DNA of 63,990 bases, the filler included, from Catajapyx aquilonaris (lineage: Eukaryota): NCBI GenBank assembly GCA_000934665.2. It is 3 parts of 3 records of this genome, joined end to end, with 100 filler letters (N's around TTAATTAATTAA, not from the genome) between each part and the next. Parts side by side here need not be neighbours in the genome. Positions count along the whole stretch, not along the records: positions 1 to 21,659 come from JYFJ02006022.1; 2 more parts are not named here. One strand, written 5' to 3'. Of the stretch, positions 1 through 13,105 are shown one piece after another. The position numbers were made by a program, and so were the translations under genes. How positions within the stretch are numbered: the first letter of the stretch is position 1; every line of letters begins with the position of its first letter. A model generated the notes under the pieces. It was not told the origin of the DNA. It made no database searches and worked only from the letters and a program-made list of their open reading frames with translations.

Positions 1-1706
1 GAAGCTCCAGCATGGCAGAGCTTACAATCTGACATCCATTGTGTGTTTTTTTTGGACTTTATGCACATGCAATATTTGGTATGGCCAATTACGTTCATAA
101 TTGCATAGATGAAGCGTGTTGTCTCGAAGCCTCAACACAATATCCCTCTTATTACCATGCTCCTGACCACTCATGATGACAGCAATCTCATTGCAAGAAG
201 GTTGATTGAATCGACCACGATGCTCGCCTTGTGGTCGCTTGTCTGTATCTATGACCAAGTCAAATTCCAGAGGAGGAGGACTCTCAAGTGCAAGCTTGAA
301 GCTTTTGACGTAAGTGGAATGGATCATCTCCTGAAGTTGCAGTATGATGTCGAGGCGTGTGCCGTTTAAGTAGGTGCAACGGTATTGCGCCTGCTGTTGC
401 ATGTTCCCCACGAAGTTGCAGAAACCGTGGACTCTCATTTTCTGAAGGAAGGAGTGATCCCATGCGATGGTAAATTTGCCCTTGCACTTTGAATGTAGGC
501 ATGAAGCCCCCTTCTCTAACAACGTTGGCCCCAAAAGATGTCATCTGGAAGGCCGAATTGTAATTTCTGATGGTCTTCAGGAAATGTTTCGAATCAGGTG
601 ATGTGCCTATAAGAGGAGCATTTTAAGTAGCTGTGGAAGTTAAGCCAGTAGAGGAAGGCTAACCTTTCCAATGGAGCAACAGATCGTTTTTGTTTCACTC
701 TTCCACTTCTTTGCCTGACAATGGTGGAATACCTCTGACATAGATCCAATTGCAATAACATCGACAGAAGAATTATTGTCAATGTCTGCTGAGTAGTGAA
801 AAGCGGCATGTAGGAGGTGGGTTGATAAAAATGGAGCTAATCTCCGACTGATGGCCGCGGTTCTCATAGAGTGGAGACATGCTTGGTGTTCTTCCTCAGT
901 CTCTTGGTCTGTCGTCCTTAGCCGAACTCTGCGTGTATCCAATGCGCTTCTGCCAATGCTACTATGTTTTTAAGTCGGTGGGGTGTTGAGAATGTGGAGG
1001 TCCAAACGTTACAAAGTGAAAAAACAAACAAATGCAAAGAAGATTGAAAACTACATGACACAGTATTACTACCTACACGTAGACCACATTATGCCCCACC
1101 TTATACTCTTAATACCATTATACACATTATACCACACCATAAACACGTTAAACCACACCCCATAACGACTTTTGAAAATACTTTGAGAATGTGGAGGTCC
1201 AAATTTTACAAAGGGGGAAAAACAAATAAAAGCAAAACGATTGAAAACTAACATGACACAGAACCTAACACAGTTCGGAAGAGGAGAATCCCGACAAATA
1301 GCACACGACACAGTACGTATAGAGGAAAAGGTATGGCAGAAAACGTACGCCAAGAAAATTCCTACAGGCTGCCTGATCAAACAAACCACAACCGCTATTA
1401 CTATTCTTACATACAGCGCATTTGAAACACCAGCTCGAACCCTGGGCCTGCCCCGAGGCCGTAGCTGGACCGTGTCACCGTGTCTAGGATAAAAATGGAA
1501 TAAGATACCAGGATAGCAAGATATGGAACTCGTCAAATTATGATCAGAACGTGATCATTACCTATAATTACACCAACAGTCTCGTAACCAAGGTAACAGT
1601 GTGTAAACTTGGAAATGGAACAATATGTGGAGGCCTCCGTATGGATCTGTTTAGGTCACAAGGGGACATACGTCTTGATATATATATATACAGTATATAT
1701 ATTAGA
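1..1706 (-). mobile_element. Helitron 5' portion with frameshifted RepHel N-terminal coding remnant (about 1-950)
   Basis: Overlapping minus ORFs give MTSFGANVVREGGFMPTFKVQGQIYHRMGSLLP...PRFLQL and DKRPQGEHRGRFNQPSCNEIAVIM...RDIVLRLRD, typical Helitron RepHel motifs split by frameshifts. Candidate 5' terminus A|TCTAATATATA at 1706 fits the A|TC rule (boundary less certain). An ~80-bp direct repeat sits at ~987 and ~1183. Confidence 0.85.
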
Positions 1707-2518
1707 TATCAATATACTATTGGGAATAAGTTCGTTTCTTTGTTTATTCTCTATAAAAATCCAGCACGTACACACATTAACAAACCAGGGGTTACATTTA
1801 ACGAGGAATTTAATGCTGCATGTTTTACTTATTGAATAATAGCCTTAAATAATAATTATTTCGAAACACATAATTTCTCTCATCACTCCCCGACATGCTA
1901 CGTGGGCCTGTATCGATATAAACGTAAATATACTTTCTGCTTCCCTCCTCCGAGACTTCATTGGCCCCTTTCGTGTTGATGTTTATCTCCTTTCGTATAT
2001 CGTATCTTTCCCCCCGACGAATCGACATGAATTTCATGCATGCTTCGACTCTGCTATAAGTGAGGCGTGATTTTCCACATCAGATGACTTCGTATGGCAC
2101 TTTCCACTGTTTCCAGAAAGAATAATTTGGGCGGCCCCTATGTGTCGTCATCGTAGGTGATAATGAGCAATTTGTATTAGTACCATCTATATGATTAGTT
2201 TCTGTCTGGTGCAGTAACGAAGGTCAGGTGGTTTAAAACATCGTGCTAAACTGTCATTGCTGAATATGAACATGGCCCTATCAATTTAACTCAGAAATGT
2301 ACTCCTCCCCATAAAATAAAAAGTTCAGTTTGAATGTTATAAGAGCGATCCTATTGACATCACTAAGGCACTTGCACTTTGGCATTTATACTACTGTATA
2401 CACTCAAGTGTTGAGCTGGCCTGGGAATGAATTCAGAATGATTGGTGTTTCAAAGTTTTATATGGCAATATAGGTGAAAGCTTGCGTTGTGTAACGCACT
2501 CTTATATGCCTGGCCGCA

Positions 2519-2621
2519 CCAACAAAATTACAGGTCCGATAGCTCCTAATGGACAGATAGGTAGACCTTTTAACATGTGCTATCGGTCCGTTAGGAGCTA
2601 TCGGACCGGTAATTTTGTTGG
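2519..2621. repeat. Small hairpin/MITE (~42-bp inverted arms)
   Basis: ccaacaaaattacaggtccgatagctcctaatggacagatag (2519-2560) is the reverse complement, with 3 mismatches, of 2580-2621. Confidence 0.8.
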
Positions 2622-2755
2622 CGGAGTTGTCCGGTACATGGCCTTGAACATGAATAAATATTTATCAGTTAATTACGCAGAATGTCGGTCGATTGTATTA
2701 CTCTTGATACTTACAGTATGATTTTGGCACATTGTAGTCATCGCATAGAGGACGA

Positions 2756-5210
2756 ATGGTCTACGAAATGAAACGTTCGCTGCAGCAGCCTCATTTTGGC
2801 CTGATCCATGATGCTGATGTGCTTAGGTAAAATCTTGTCATTTCCTCTACAAATTCACATTTCTCTCTTAAATCACACGGGGAAACCTCTGTCGTATTAT
2901 ACTGTCACACAGTAATTATATTGTCACACTGTTAGGCTTTTACATTTCCCACATCATATTGCAGTGTCATTAATTGGAAACTGATATTTTTGCTATCTAC
3001 CGGGGCCTTTGGAGAGGTCTACATCCACCACGACAATGACGACGAGTACCATCTTCTGGTTCGATTGGCCCAGGACATCCGGGATGACCCCGAGTATTCC
3101 AACTGCTCCCTGGTGGTGTCCAGGAGGGAGGAGAACACGAGCGTGTCTCTGGAGGACCTGATGCGAACCCAGGGCCATTCCTACAGGCCCTCGGTCCTCC
3201 TCAACACCCACCATCCCACGGGAATCTCCATCCAGCCCTGGGAAGAGTACCCGGGACTGACCAGGGAGGAAGAGCTCTACTCCTTCCGAACCATGCCCCC
3301 TGGCCTCGTGTCCAGGTTCTGGCCAGGAGGAAGCTGCACCTTGAATCTCTTCGTGCTCGACTCCCCTAACCACCTCCCTCAACTGGTCCTTCACACAGCG
3401 GCCTTTGTCAGGGTGAGGAACCTCGACGACCCTTTTCTGATGCACTTCAAGAGCGGAGACCCCGAAGACATGCTGAAGGAGGAACCTGCCTATGGGATCA
3501 AGTTCAAGGTCGCAACCAGGTAAGGACTTGATTATCCTGACTCTATACTATTGATGTTTCTTTTGGAATAAAATTATGAATATTTCCAAAAATCTCTGCC
3601 CTCAGGTTCTCCCAAAAAGAAGGCTTGAAAATGCAAACAGTGTGTCACTCGTGCGGTGATGGGGGACAGCCTTCATCCATGCCCTTGGATGGGTACCCAA
3701 GAGGAAAGGATTTGTACCCAGACACGGCCAGGTCATTCAATGGACGGGAAACCTGCGTCGTCGCATACGATGACGATAATGACCTTGCCTCGGCTCGTAA
3801 AGTTCTTCGTAAACATGGTCACAGCGTTTTGACTGCTCAAGACAATATACTTCTGGCACTTGAAGATTATCTGGGCACTCGTACCACCACACAAATGGCT
3901 GAGCCATACAAGAATAACTTGGACTTTCAACTTCCGAATGGGACATGGATAGGAGCCGCTGAAATCATTCTTTCTGGAGAGTGCCACTACGGAATGGTAT
4001 TCTTTCTGTCGTCTGATATTATTCGCTACATACACTTGACGCACAGCCTCAAAACGTTTTATCTGTCGTTCGTAACCACCTTACCTCTGGTGATGCACGC
4101 AAAATGGACAGTGTTCGTCGAACCCTTCAGCTGGCAAAGTTGGCTGGGACTGTTCGTGTCCATCTTCGCCTGCTCTCTTGTCCTCGCTTTTCTTCTGAAA
4201 AGAGGGTCCGGCCACAAGACAAGTATCATGTACCCGATGGCCACACTATTCCGGATCATTTTGGAGCAGCCCAACGACCTGCCGGATTTCACAGGAGTGA
4301 GGACCTGCATAGGGGCCTTCTGGATATTGGCCGTGGTGCTGGCCTGTGGATACAGGAGCAAGATGGTGGAGGTCATGCTTCTGCCAGAGATGGAGATACT
4401 TCCCGACACACTGGATGAACTGCATTTGTCCGGATTCAAAGGGATCATGCCTTTCCCGAGCAAGATCGTCCTAGATAAGGTGATCTGTTCATTGATGAAG
4501 AAATACATTGGAAATTAAAACCAATACGTTTGTTCACTTTCCAGATGGCGGCGCAGACAATTCATTTGAACCACGTGCACCTATTCAACGGGTCGGAGGC
4601 AATAGTTTCTCCGCTTTCTTGCATAGAGGAAGTGAGGGATACTCCAGGACGGGCATGCATCCTGCATCAATTCTTCCTGTGGAGAGTGATCGGAAACTTC
4701 TACACGCCAAGTGGAGAAATGAAGGTGCGTGTGGTGGACACAGAGGAATACGCCGTATATCCTTCACTTGGAATGTCACGTTCGAGCGTCTTCAACCAAG
4801 CTGTCAGTGATTTCATTGAACGCATCCTGCAGTCAGGACTACTCTCTTTCTGGTACGCCAATGAGCTGCATCACATATTTACGTTTGCTGTCAAGAATAG
4901 CGGGTATTACGAGGTGGAACAGGAAGGGGGTCCCGATATGTTGCACTTTGAAAATGTGCAGATAGTGTTCATATTCTGGGGAACACTCTTGGGTTTTGCT
5001 TTCATCACTCTTCTTGCTGAAATTGCTTCAGCAAAAAGAGATTCCCAACAGAACCAAAATCAAGCCGATAAGGTGACGATCTGCGCCTCCAGCAGGAGAA
5101 GACAGCCTCGCTTCGTCGAGAAACATGATCTGGAATCGCAAGAGACTGGCAGAGAGTATGGAAATGTGCCATCTCATCAAGTTCAGCCAGCTCCTAAACC
5201 AAATCTGTAA
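2756..5210 (+). CDS. Divergent ionotropic receptor (variant iGluR family), 4 exons, 721 aa
   Basis: Exons 2756-2826 (tentative), 2965-3519, 3606-4479 and 4545-5210 have GT-AG introns in compatible phases (2,2,0) and sum to 2166 nt. Signal-like WKLIFLLSTGAFG, LYPD..SFNG motif, S1 NGTWIG, pre-M1 VFVEPFSWQSWLG, pore ILEQP, M3-like CGYRSKMVEVM, S2 RILQSGLLSFW, last TM LHFENVQIVFIFWG. Confidence 0.85.
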
Positions 5211-6308
5211 TGAGATATACATATTTACCGTAGAATACTGCTGATAGTATTGCCACAACCAAATCACTATGCGCATGACAAGGTATGACCCAGAAAATTT
5301 AGCGGCATGTCTAAATAATAATGACTATTATCCAAACCAAGAAGAATCCTATCGGGAATAAGTAATAACTAGGCTACTATTGATCCAGGGGTGCCCTTTA
5401 GTGATGGGTCAGAAAACTAACATTACAGTTGTCATGATGCCCCACCCCTTAATGTTCTAGATGAAAAAAAAAAACATTATTTTCACAGATAATGGTAATA
5501 GTTGTAGCTATGACTCAAGCTTGGTCAAGTCAAAATCACAATATTATTGTAACAACCCTGTAGCGGGCATTGTTGCCTGAGGGCAACAATTAATTTGCGC
5601 AGGCGCCATAAGCTTTAACATTGGTCCTGGAAGCCACAGTGTTACAGTACCTAAAATTGCATAGTATGCCAACCGCAGCTTTCCTTGAGCCCCAAAAACG
5701 TGGAAAATCCGCCAGGTGGCACTGCGATCGACAGGATTGCTACTCCTGCCATTACGCCTTATGGGGAAGCGCGGTTCTCCACGCCTATTTCTCGATCGAT
5801 GTCGGGTTTTCGGATATCAGCTTAGTATTTTTTATGGTGGAAATGTGATACACTGTGTATTCTATTTTTCCGACTGAAAAAGGTGCACTTTAGTAGCCCT
5901 ATGGGTGGGGAATATATTGGGAAAGTAGTAATCGCCACGATATGGCGCTCCATATCACTTTGAAAATATCTCGTGAGACCAAAATTTTATCAAAATATTA
6001 TCCTTTATCTTTGACTGGACGACTGACAATGACAATGGAAATTTGATATCTTGTACATTATTAGGCTGTGTCTTTGGATGGGGGCGGCATTGCATAATTT
6101 GTGATATATATTGATTGAACCTCAATATAGCCCGCGATATAGCCTAATATTATGTCACACAACATGGTCATGCCTTGCACATTTATATCATGCAATCATA
6201 ATTATTACAACTATGTGTAAGTTAGCCTAAATCAACACAAGTTAATAGTGAACCGCAACATATTATACATACTTACATCACACAACATGCTCACTCCTGT
6301 AGCCTACA

Positions 6309-6796
6309 CAGTGGTCGGCACTAAAAACTTGAAAGTAATTAAATACTAAATACTAAATACTGAATACATCAAAGGTATTTACATACTTTTGTAAATACAT
6401 TTCAAGTACATTGTTAATGTGCAACTAATTTCTTACCATCATTCTTTGGATAAAATAAGAAAACATAACAGATTTCTACTTTTATATCCATTCTATTAAT
6501 TAGCTATATGTTTTCAAGACTTCAACTTGAGTAAAAGGGTAAGTCTAATAATATAATTACAGAATGACAAATGAAAATCAAAAGTTCGTCTTTCCAGATT
6601 TTTTATTGCTGCGCAATAAAAAAGTTAGGGAAAGTATTTACGATATGTATACTTCTGTATTTAAATACTCAGAGTGTATTGAAATACAGTATTTAAATAC
6701 AGGAGAACCAATGTAGGTATAAATACATCTCTAAATACCAAGAAGTATTTAAATGCGTATTTATATACATTTGTATTCAAATACTGCCCAGCTCTG
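6309..6796. mobile_element. Non-autonomous hAT-like MITE nested in the P-like element
   Basis: Termini cagtggtcggca / tgcccagctctg, with arrays of (t)aaatac on the left and gtattt(aaatac) on the right. TSD not convincing. Confidence 0.6.
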
Positions 6797-7539
6797 CCTG
6801 TACAGTGTGCATTATTCATTCAATCCAAGCAAGGGGCGATTATTGCTATAGTGGAATATTTTTTTCCTTGGCCGCCTTGTCCGCATGAAACACAGCAGGG
6901 CAACGGCAATTATTGGGCGCCTCCTGTACATTACATCATCATGATAATAATTAATATAATAATCATATAACTTACATGTAGTAATAGTGAGTATTACGCA
7001 CATGATAAAAATTGACTATTTGCATAGTCTGAGCAGGTTTTGCTTCTTTCTGTCTTCTTGGCGAGATTTATTGAGGCCTTTGTCGTAGAAGTGCATTCTC
7101 ATCAACACTGTGTGACATGTATTGTTTGCGAGCTTCGCAGCCCACAAAAATGTTACTCTCATTCTGCTGATATCTGCCAAGAGGTCATCAATAGAGCCTC
7201 GATGCAGCCTGGATGTACTCAGCTGGTGTGTTACAATCCCTTCTATCATTCTGAGAAAATTAAAACACTCCTCCGAAGGGTGCACTAACCCACCTTCATT
7301 AAACTCATTCACTAATTCTGCACATGCTGCACCTACTGCCTGGTTTGGTTGGCATGTCAGAAGAGAAATGCACTCTTCGCGTCTGTTACTATAGCAGTCA
7401 CCTATCTGATCGTGTACCCTGCCATGTAATATATGAGCCTGGAGTCACTAGGAGCAGGGTGGTAACAGTGATCATGTATGGTTGCATCTTTAATATCATC
7501 AGCTTCCACTAACTTTTCTCTGTCCAGGGCTTCATTTAT

Positions 7540-7541
<2 letters not shown>

Positions 7542-7571
<30 letters not shown>
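7542..7571 (+). repeat. (GA)n microsatellite
   Basis: Direct reading. Confidence 0.95.
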
Positions 7572-7573
<2 letters not shown>

Positions 7574-8999
7574 CTTTATTGTTACTCGCAATCCAAGTGC
7601 AGTAGTTGAACTGATAAAACCTCCATTTTCAGCAACAGGCTGCTTTATATGTACCAGATCCCCATAATACTTGCGTCATATGCGATGAAAATAATATTGT
7701 CTGCCAACAAGTAAAATATTCCTACTCATTATGTATCTGCCAATCTACTGGCGTTACGATACCTACCGATCTCGGCCAGTCAAGGTGAGACGATGACCTA
7801 GATTAAAGGAAAGGGGCTGAAAGAGCTGTAAATGAGTAATGAAAAATATATAAAACCGTGTAGATATATTTTGTGACGCAAGTCATCCGGAAATCCCCAT
7901 TTATAGTTTCTCTCACACACGCCTGGTAGATGATGGACCCGTACCGAACTGTTACTTAAGGTTTAAAGTCTACCTCAAAAAATAATTATAATCATCCGAT
8001 AACAATAAACCGCAATTGTAGGCATAAAACTGCCCGCGTCCATGCAGCCCGCCATAAGCGGCAGGCAGGGGAGTAGCAATCCTGTCGATCGCAGTGCCAC
8101 CTGGCGGATTTTCAACTTTTTTGGGGGGCGAGCTTTCCATTGGAGGCATAGGCCGGTTGGCATACTAGGTCTTGTAGGTACTATACCACAACCACAGGGG
8201 AAGGTAGTAGTTGAGGTTATGGCCGCCACACTTCATGGCGTCTCCAGCTGCCTGCTGGAGTTTCAGCATACGGTTGTTCAAATGGCCGCTAGGGGCGGTG
8301 TTAACCTGAGCTGCGCCAGACACGCGAGAGGACGTCGGAGGAACTAGATGGTGGAGAGAAATTTGAAGGTTGAAGCCCACCCACCTCCACCCCTCCTGCG
8401 CAGTGACTCAGTTTCGACCGGTTTCTACTCTTGCCAGTAAAATATCGTTTGAGCATTATTTACAATTAAACTAACTTCACAAATGTGGAATATCTTAGTG
8501 AAATAAATGGTAAATTAGACGAAGTTAATTGTAGAAATTTTTCAAACAATTCTGATAGGTGGTTTCTTTTACAAAAAAAAACAAAAAAAACAAAAAAAAA
8601 ACGATCTAGCTATAATGCCATAATGCCGGCGGTCTTTTGGTTGTCCAGCAGTCATACAAATTCATATAAGTCGATCAAAAATGGATGTCGCCGGTATGTC
8701 TTGCATAGGATTCTAGAGTAGTTATATAGTGATTGCCTGTGGATCGATGTATACCCGCTACCAAACTTATCATAATTATTATTTGACTGCAAAGGTGAGC
8801 GGCCAGAAGGCGGCCCGATGACATGGCGTCGCATAAATGCCGCTCATCATTTTAGACTGAAAAAGTGGGCGACCATAGGAGACGGCCCGATGCCGAGATG
8901 TCGCTAGCGACGCGTCGCATAAATGCCGCCTTCCAAACGTTCCATGCGTCTCAGTTTTTGTCGTAGAGGGTTAGGTATTTGCACAAAGTATGTTTAAGG

Positions 9000-10046
9000 T
9001 GTGAGGAACAAAACTGAGCATGGCCATTACCGTTACGGTACTTGACAACTTTTTTTAATGCAAATATTTGTTCGAGGAAATTTGCCATATTTTGATATTT
9101 TACTTTAGTAGGTGCACATAAAAAATATGCAGATGAATTGGCTCAACATCTGCTATTGCCGAGGCTCAGTTCTGTTTATTAAGGTTGTATTAGTCTGTGA
9201 AAAAAAATCTGATGTCTGAATCACTTTTATAGACGCATGGAGCCGCATGGAGCATTTACAAGTTATCAATGAAGAACGTGTATTATGGGGCATAAAATCT
9301 TAGCAACTGAACATAACTAATTAAAAATTGTTTTAGGACATTCTTAAAGTATCTTCAACATGGTACTAACATGACGTTCAGTATCAACAAAGATATTTTT
9401 TTCAGTAGGGTCTCGCCTTAATGTGGCATGCAGGTTGATGTTGCACATTAGGAAAGCTTTTAGCCAACTGTTATATGCAAAATAAAGCTTTCTAATATAT
9501 TTATATTACAAGGCTTTATGCAGGAAAGAATACATGAAAAAGATTTGTACTGTGCAATGAATAAACCAACATTGAAATTTTGACTGCAGATTATAAAATA
9601 ATGGTCCGTCCTTCCTGGACATAGAATATGAAACATGCATTCAGTCTGAAAAGTAGCTCACATCTCACACTTGCCTTATGAGAAGATGGGGCAAGGAATA
9701 CCTAATGTACAACCACAATAATCACCAGGCTTCAACAAAGCTCTAAAAAATTTCAGAATCTAAAATGACGCAGGGTCACTGAAGAAAACATGTTCTTTGA
9801 TGCACTTATGACTCAATGTATAAATAACTGCAAAAGTAAATTAGTGTGGCACATGCTGCCATTCCCACATTAAGACGTGTACACTATACAGGATATATAC
9901 TGTGATGTCATGTATCTCTATTGCATTTCAGCTGCAGTTAAGGCCAACCCTTTGTGTTCAAATGCCTGCCTGTCTGGGGTGGGCAACACTATCAAGAGCT
10001 GGCTGAGATTTGCCCCCTCCAGGTTGCAGAGGGGAAAGGACCTGTG
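9000..10046 (+). mobile_element. Degenerate CACTA/EnSpm-like remnant (accessory ORF C-terminus)
   Basis: Exon-like piece after tttcag at ~9931: AVKANPLCSNACLSGVGNTIKSWLRFAPSRLQ*, resembling the WLR.AP.R end of BEN/DUF4806-type proteins carried by animal CACTA elements. Boundaries uncertain. Confidence 0.35.
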
Positions 10047-10276
10047 ATTCTACAGTGGTGCAACTATGCGCTTCATTTTTAACATTCCAGTCAAAAGGAT
10101 GCTTTAAGGGCATATTTCCTTCACTGTAATATTTATTTTAACCCTGTACTGCACACATTTAGGATTTTGGGAAGAACAAAGATCTAACATCTTTTTCTCA
10201 TCATAGAGTAGGCGATGCTGTAAGGATCGTTTTTATTATGTGTTGGTCATCTCCGACCCAATGACTTTGAAGTTAT

Positions 10277-10664
10277 ATGGGCTGAGTCAAAAGTCATGGC
10301 GCGTATTTTTTTATTTAAAAACGGTAACACATACAGAGATGACCTTTGCTAAGTTTTGAAGGTCCGGCGATTACAATTTGATCTGATATATAGATGGCAT
10401 CCATATCGCAAGGGGGGCCAGAAAACTAAAGGCGATCATCACCCCCACCATTCCACCGTCGCATGCAGCTCGGGGTGGGGGTAGGGGGTGGGGTCACGAT
10501 CCCCTTTTGTTTACCGCCTCCCCTTGAGATCTCGGGGCCATCTACATTCCAGTCCAAATTGTCATCGCTGGACCTTAAAAACGTAGTAATGGTCATATCT
10601 GCTGTACATGTTACCGTTTTTGAATAAAAATACGAACAATGACTTATTATGACTCGAACCTCGA
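10277..10664. mobile_element. Old Tc1/mariner-type MITE
   Basis: ~120-bp diverged inverted arms (gagtcaaaagtcat...aaaacggtaaca...aggtccggcga...tagatggc versus gccatcta...tcgctggacct...tgttaccgtttt...atgactcg). Confidence 0.65.
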
Positions 10665-11420
10665 GCAATATTGTGCCTGCGCGCCAAAAAATTGTGATGA
10701 AATTGTGCTGTCAAAATTAGAATGGCCGCAAATGGCGACGAGAGAGGTACTCTGCTGTTTTACACGTGTAATTGGACATTTCATATCTGCACCTATATAT
10801 AATCAGCTTCAGAAACAATTGCTGCTTCAGCAAATTCTCTCTGCTTCATATACCGTATCCTTACCGTGTCATTTGTCGACATTGCTTGTCATCTAGTGGA
10901 AGGTAACAAACTAACTGTGACATCAAGCCACACAGTAGTTTCCAGGACCAACGTTGAAGCTTATATGGTGCCTGCATAAATTAATTGTTACCCTCAAGTT
11001 ACAATGTGCGGTACAGAGTTAATAGTAGTTCCTTGTGTGACCGTATTGTTTTAACTATACGCCATTTGATGGTGTTGATTACTCACTCTGTATACCTACC
11101 GCCCCTGAAACCGGCCATACCCCACCAATTTCCCATCATCCCGCGGGGTGGCAAACCCCCCTTTATAAACCCGCTCCCGGAGCATATCCTGGCGGTTGGT
11201 CCTTGTTATCCTTGTTCCGAGCATATGTACGGTAAACCTAATTTAAAGTATCGAAATACAACAGCATAAACGAGTCACCCACGTATTTATTTTGACCATA
11301 CAAAGGTCATACTAGTATTAATATTACTTTCAGTTGTTTTGATTTTGGTTTGATATTTTAATTTGTTTTACACATCATACTATTTTAATTCCTATCTCTC
11401 CTCAACACAGTATATATATA

Positions 11421-12002
11421 CAGGGTTGTCGGTAAATGGCGCACAAGCTTCAGGTAGCGAGATTCGTTGTGAAAAACCAGTATATGGAAGTGAAGGTCAT
11501 AGTGCTCTACGAGGCCTGGTTAGGGCTCACGAGGCCTCCAAAGTTTGGGCCAAATCATGACGTCACATCCGCCCGCGAAATTCAAACACTACCGTATCGC
11601 TACTGTCTGTGATTTCGTTGCCAGGGATTGCCATGTTGACATCCCCCACATTTCCACACAACAATGAAACCGTATAAACTGGCTGGGACGTTGCCAGGCA
11701 CGCGGCGACGACGATATGGCAATGCCTGGCAACGTCCCGGCCAGTTTATACGGTTCCATTGTAGGGTGGAAATGTGGGGGATGTCAACGTGGCAACCCCT
11801 GGCAACGAAATCACAGACAGTAGCGATACGGTAGTGTTTGAATTTCGCGGGCGGATGTGACGTCATGATTTGGCCCAAACTTTGGAGGCCTCGTGAGCCC
11901 TAACCAGGCCTCTTAGAGCAATATGACCTTCACTTCCATATACTGGTTTTTCACAACGAATCTCGCTACCTGAAGCTTGTGCGCCATTTACCGACCACCC
12001 TG
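11421..12002. mobile_element. Young foldback Tc1/mariner-type MITE (~280-bp near-perfect arms, TA TSD)
   Basis: TA|cagggttgtcggtaaatggcgcac ... gtgcgccatttaccgaccaccctg|TA. The arms pair almost perfectly around a ~22-nt loop at 11701-11722. Confidence 0.92.
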
Positions 12003-12199
12003 TATACTGTGTTGAGACTGACGGTTCTCTTTTGTATTAGTGGTTAAAACGAGGTTCCATGTAACTGTGTTCTTCACATTATTATGTTATGTAATAAAAT
12101 GTGTGACTTTTTATTATTTATGCCTTATTTATGCATCATATCAGCAATGGTTCCTAAATATTTTACAGCCATACGTACACTTTTTATATAAAATGTATT

Positions 12200-12633
12200 G
12201 AATAGGTAGTGGAAACGTTTCACATCATTACAATGCAACGTATTCAAAGCATTTTGTGCAACATGACGAATTTACGTAGAAAAAACGTTTCGCTCATTGC
12301 ATTTATGAAACGATGCAGTGCAACGGTTATGTTGCGTTATGTATATACAACGTCCTAGAAACGTTCCAAAAGAGTTGTCAAAAACGTATTGCAAACTTCT
12401 TCAAAATGTAACGTTTCACAAGGATGCGTATTTCAAACGTCTTAAAAATGTAATCGAAACGTTTCACAAAGCTACGTATTGAAAACGTTTTGCACAACGT
12501 TGTGCGCAACGTTGCGCTACGTGACATATTTGCTTTACAAAAACGTTATTTCCTCTACGTTTCCGCAACGTTGCAACGGTTGCTGGGTAAACGTATCTGC
12601 AACATTTCGGAAATGTGTTTGTGCTACCTGGGA
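12200..12633. repeat. Right end of a non-autonomous DNA element with repeated GAAACGTT/CAACGTTG motifs
   Basis: Many aaacgtt/caacgttg units ending in tgtgctacctggg (CCCAG-type terminus on the minus strand). Confidence 0.5.
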
Positions 12634-13105
12634 TATAAGTATGAGGAATGTATTGCTACTGTTTCTGTCACTGGCACGTGAATATTAACAGAACTGTACG
12701 TCAGTGGTGTACGGGTTTTAACATTGCCACCATATGAATAGCATATAATTCGAATTAAATGATAATTAAAACACGTGTAAATTTTATTGCAGCTGTGATC
12801 GCGAAATACCGTTTGAATTATTCCTTTCAATGTCAATGAAATCTGCCTTATCGAAACTGTGGCCTTCAAGCTGATAGATTCCTGGCCAAGTAGCAGCTCG
12901 TGGGCAAACATAATTTTCCGTGTTTTGAGGCAGCAATTTCGGTTTATACGCCTATTGCTAGACTCATAAATATTAAAATAAGACAAAAAGTGGAGGCCCA
13001 TTTTGGGACCTTCAGCAAGAGAATTTTGTGTCATGCAATTGGGCATATCCAAAGGTCTACCACATCAGAAGGTTCTCTGGAGCTGTCTTTGCCACACGTC
13101 GCGAC

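Larger units (their letters stand above)
5636..8192 (-). mobile_element. Internally deleted P-element/THAP9-like DNA transposon
   Basis: Inverted ends: gaaaatccgccaggtggcactgcgatcgacaggattgctactcc at ~5703 versus its reverse complement at ~8070-8113, extending to agtaccta...tagtatgccaaccg. Internal minus-strand remnant at 7016-7460 reads YYMAGY..R...EECISLL...NEFNEGGLVHPSEECF, the P-element transposase C-terminus. Confidence 0.7.

Noticed and set aside
1425..1490. Helitron 3' hairpin plus CTAG on the + strand
   Set aside because: CTAG is followed by G rather than T, the hairpin is too far from it, and the orientation is opposite to the RepHel remnant.
2993..4508. Antisense ORFs over the IR exons (also 13197-14077, and the plus ORFs over Cdk12)
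   Set aside because: Shadow ORFs expected opposite GC-rich coding sequence; no recognisable motifs.
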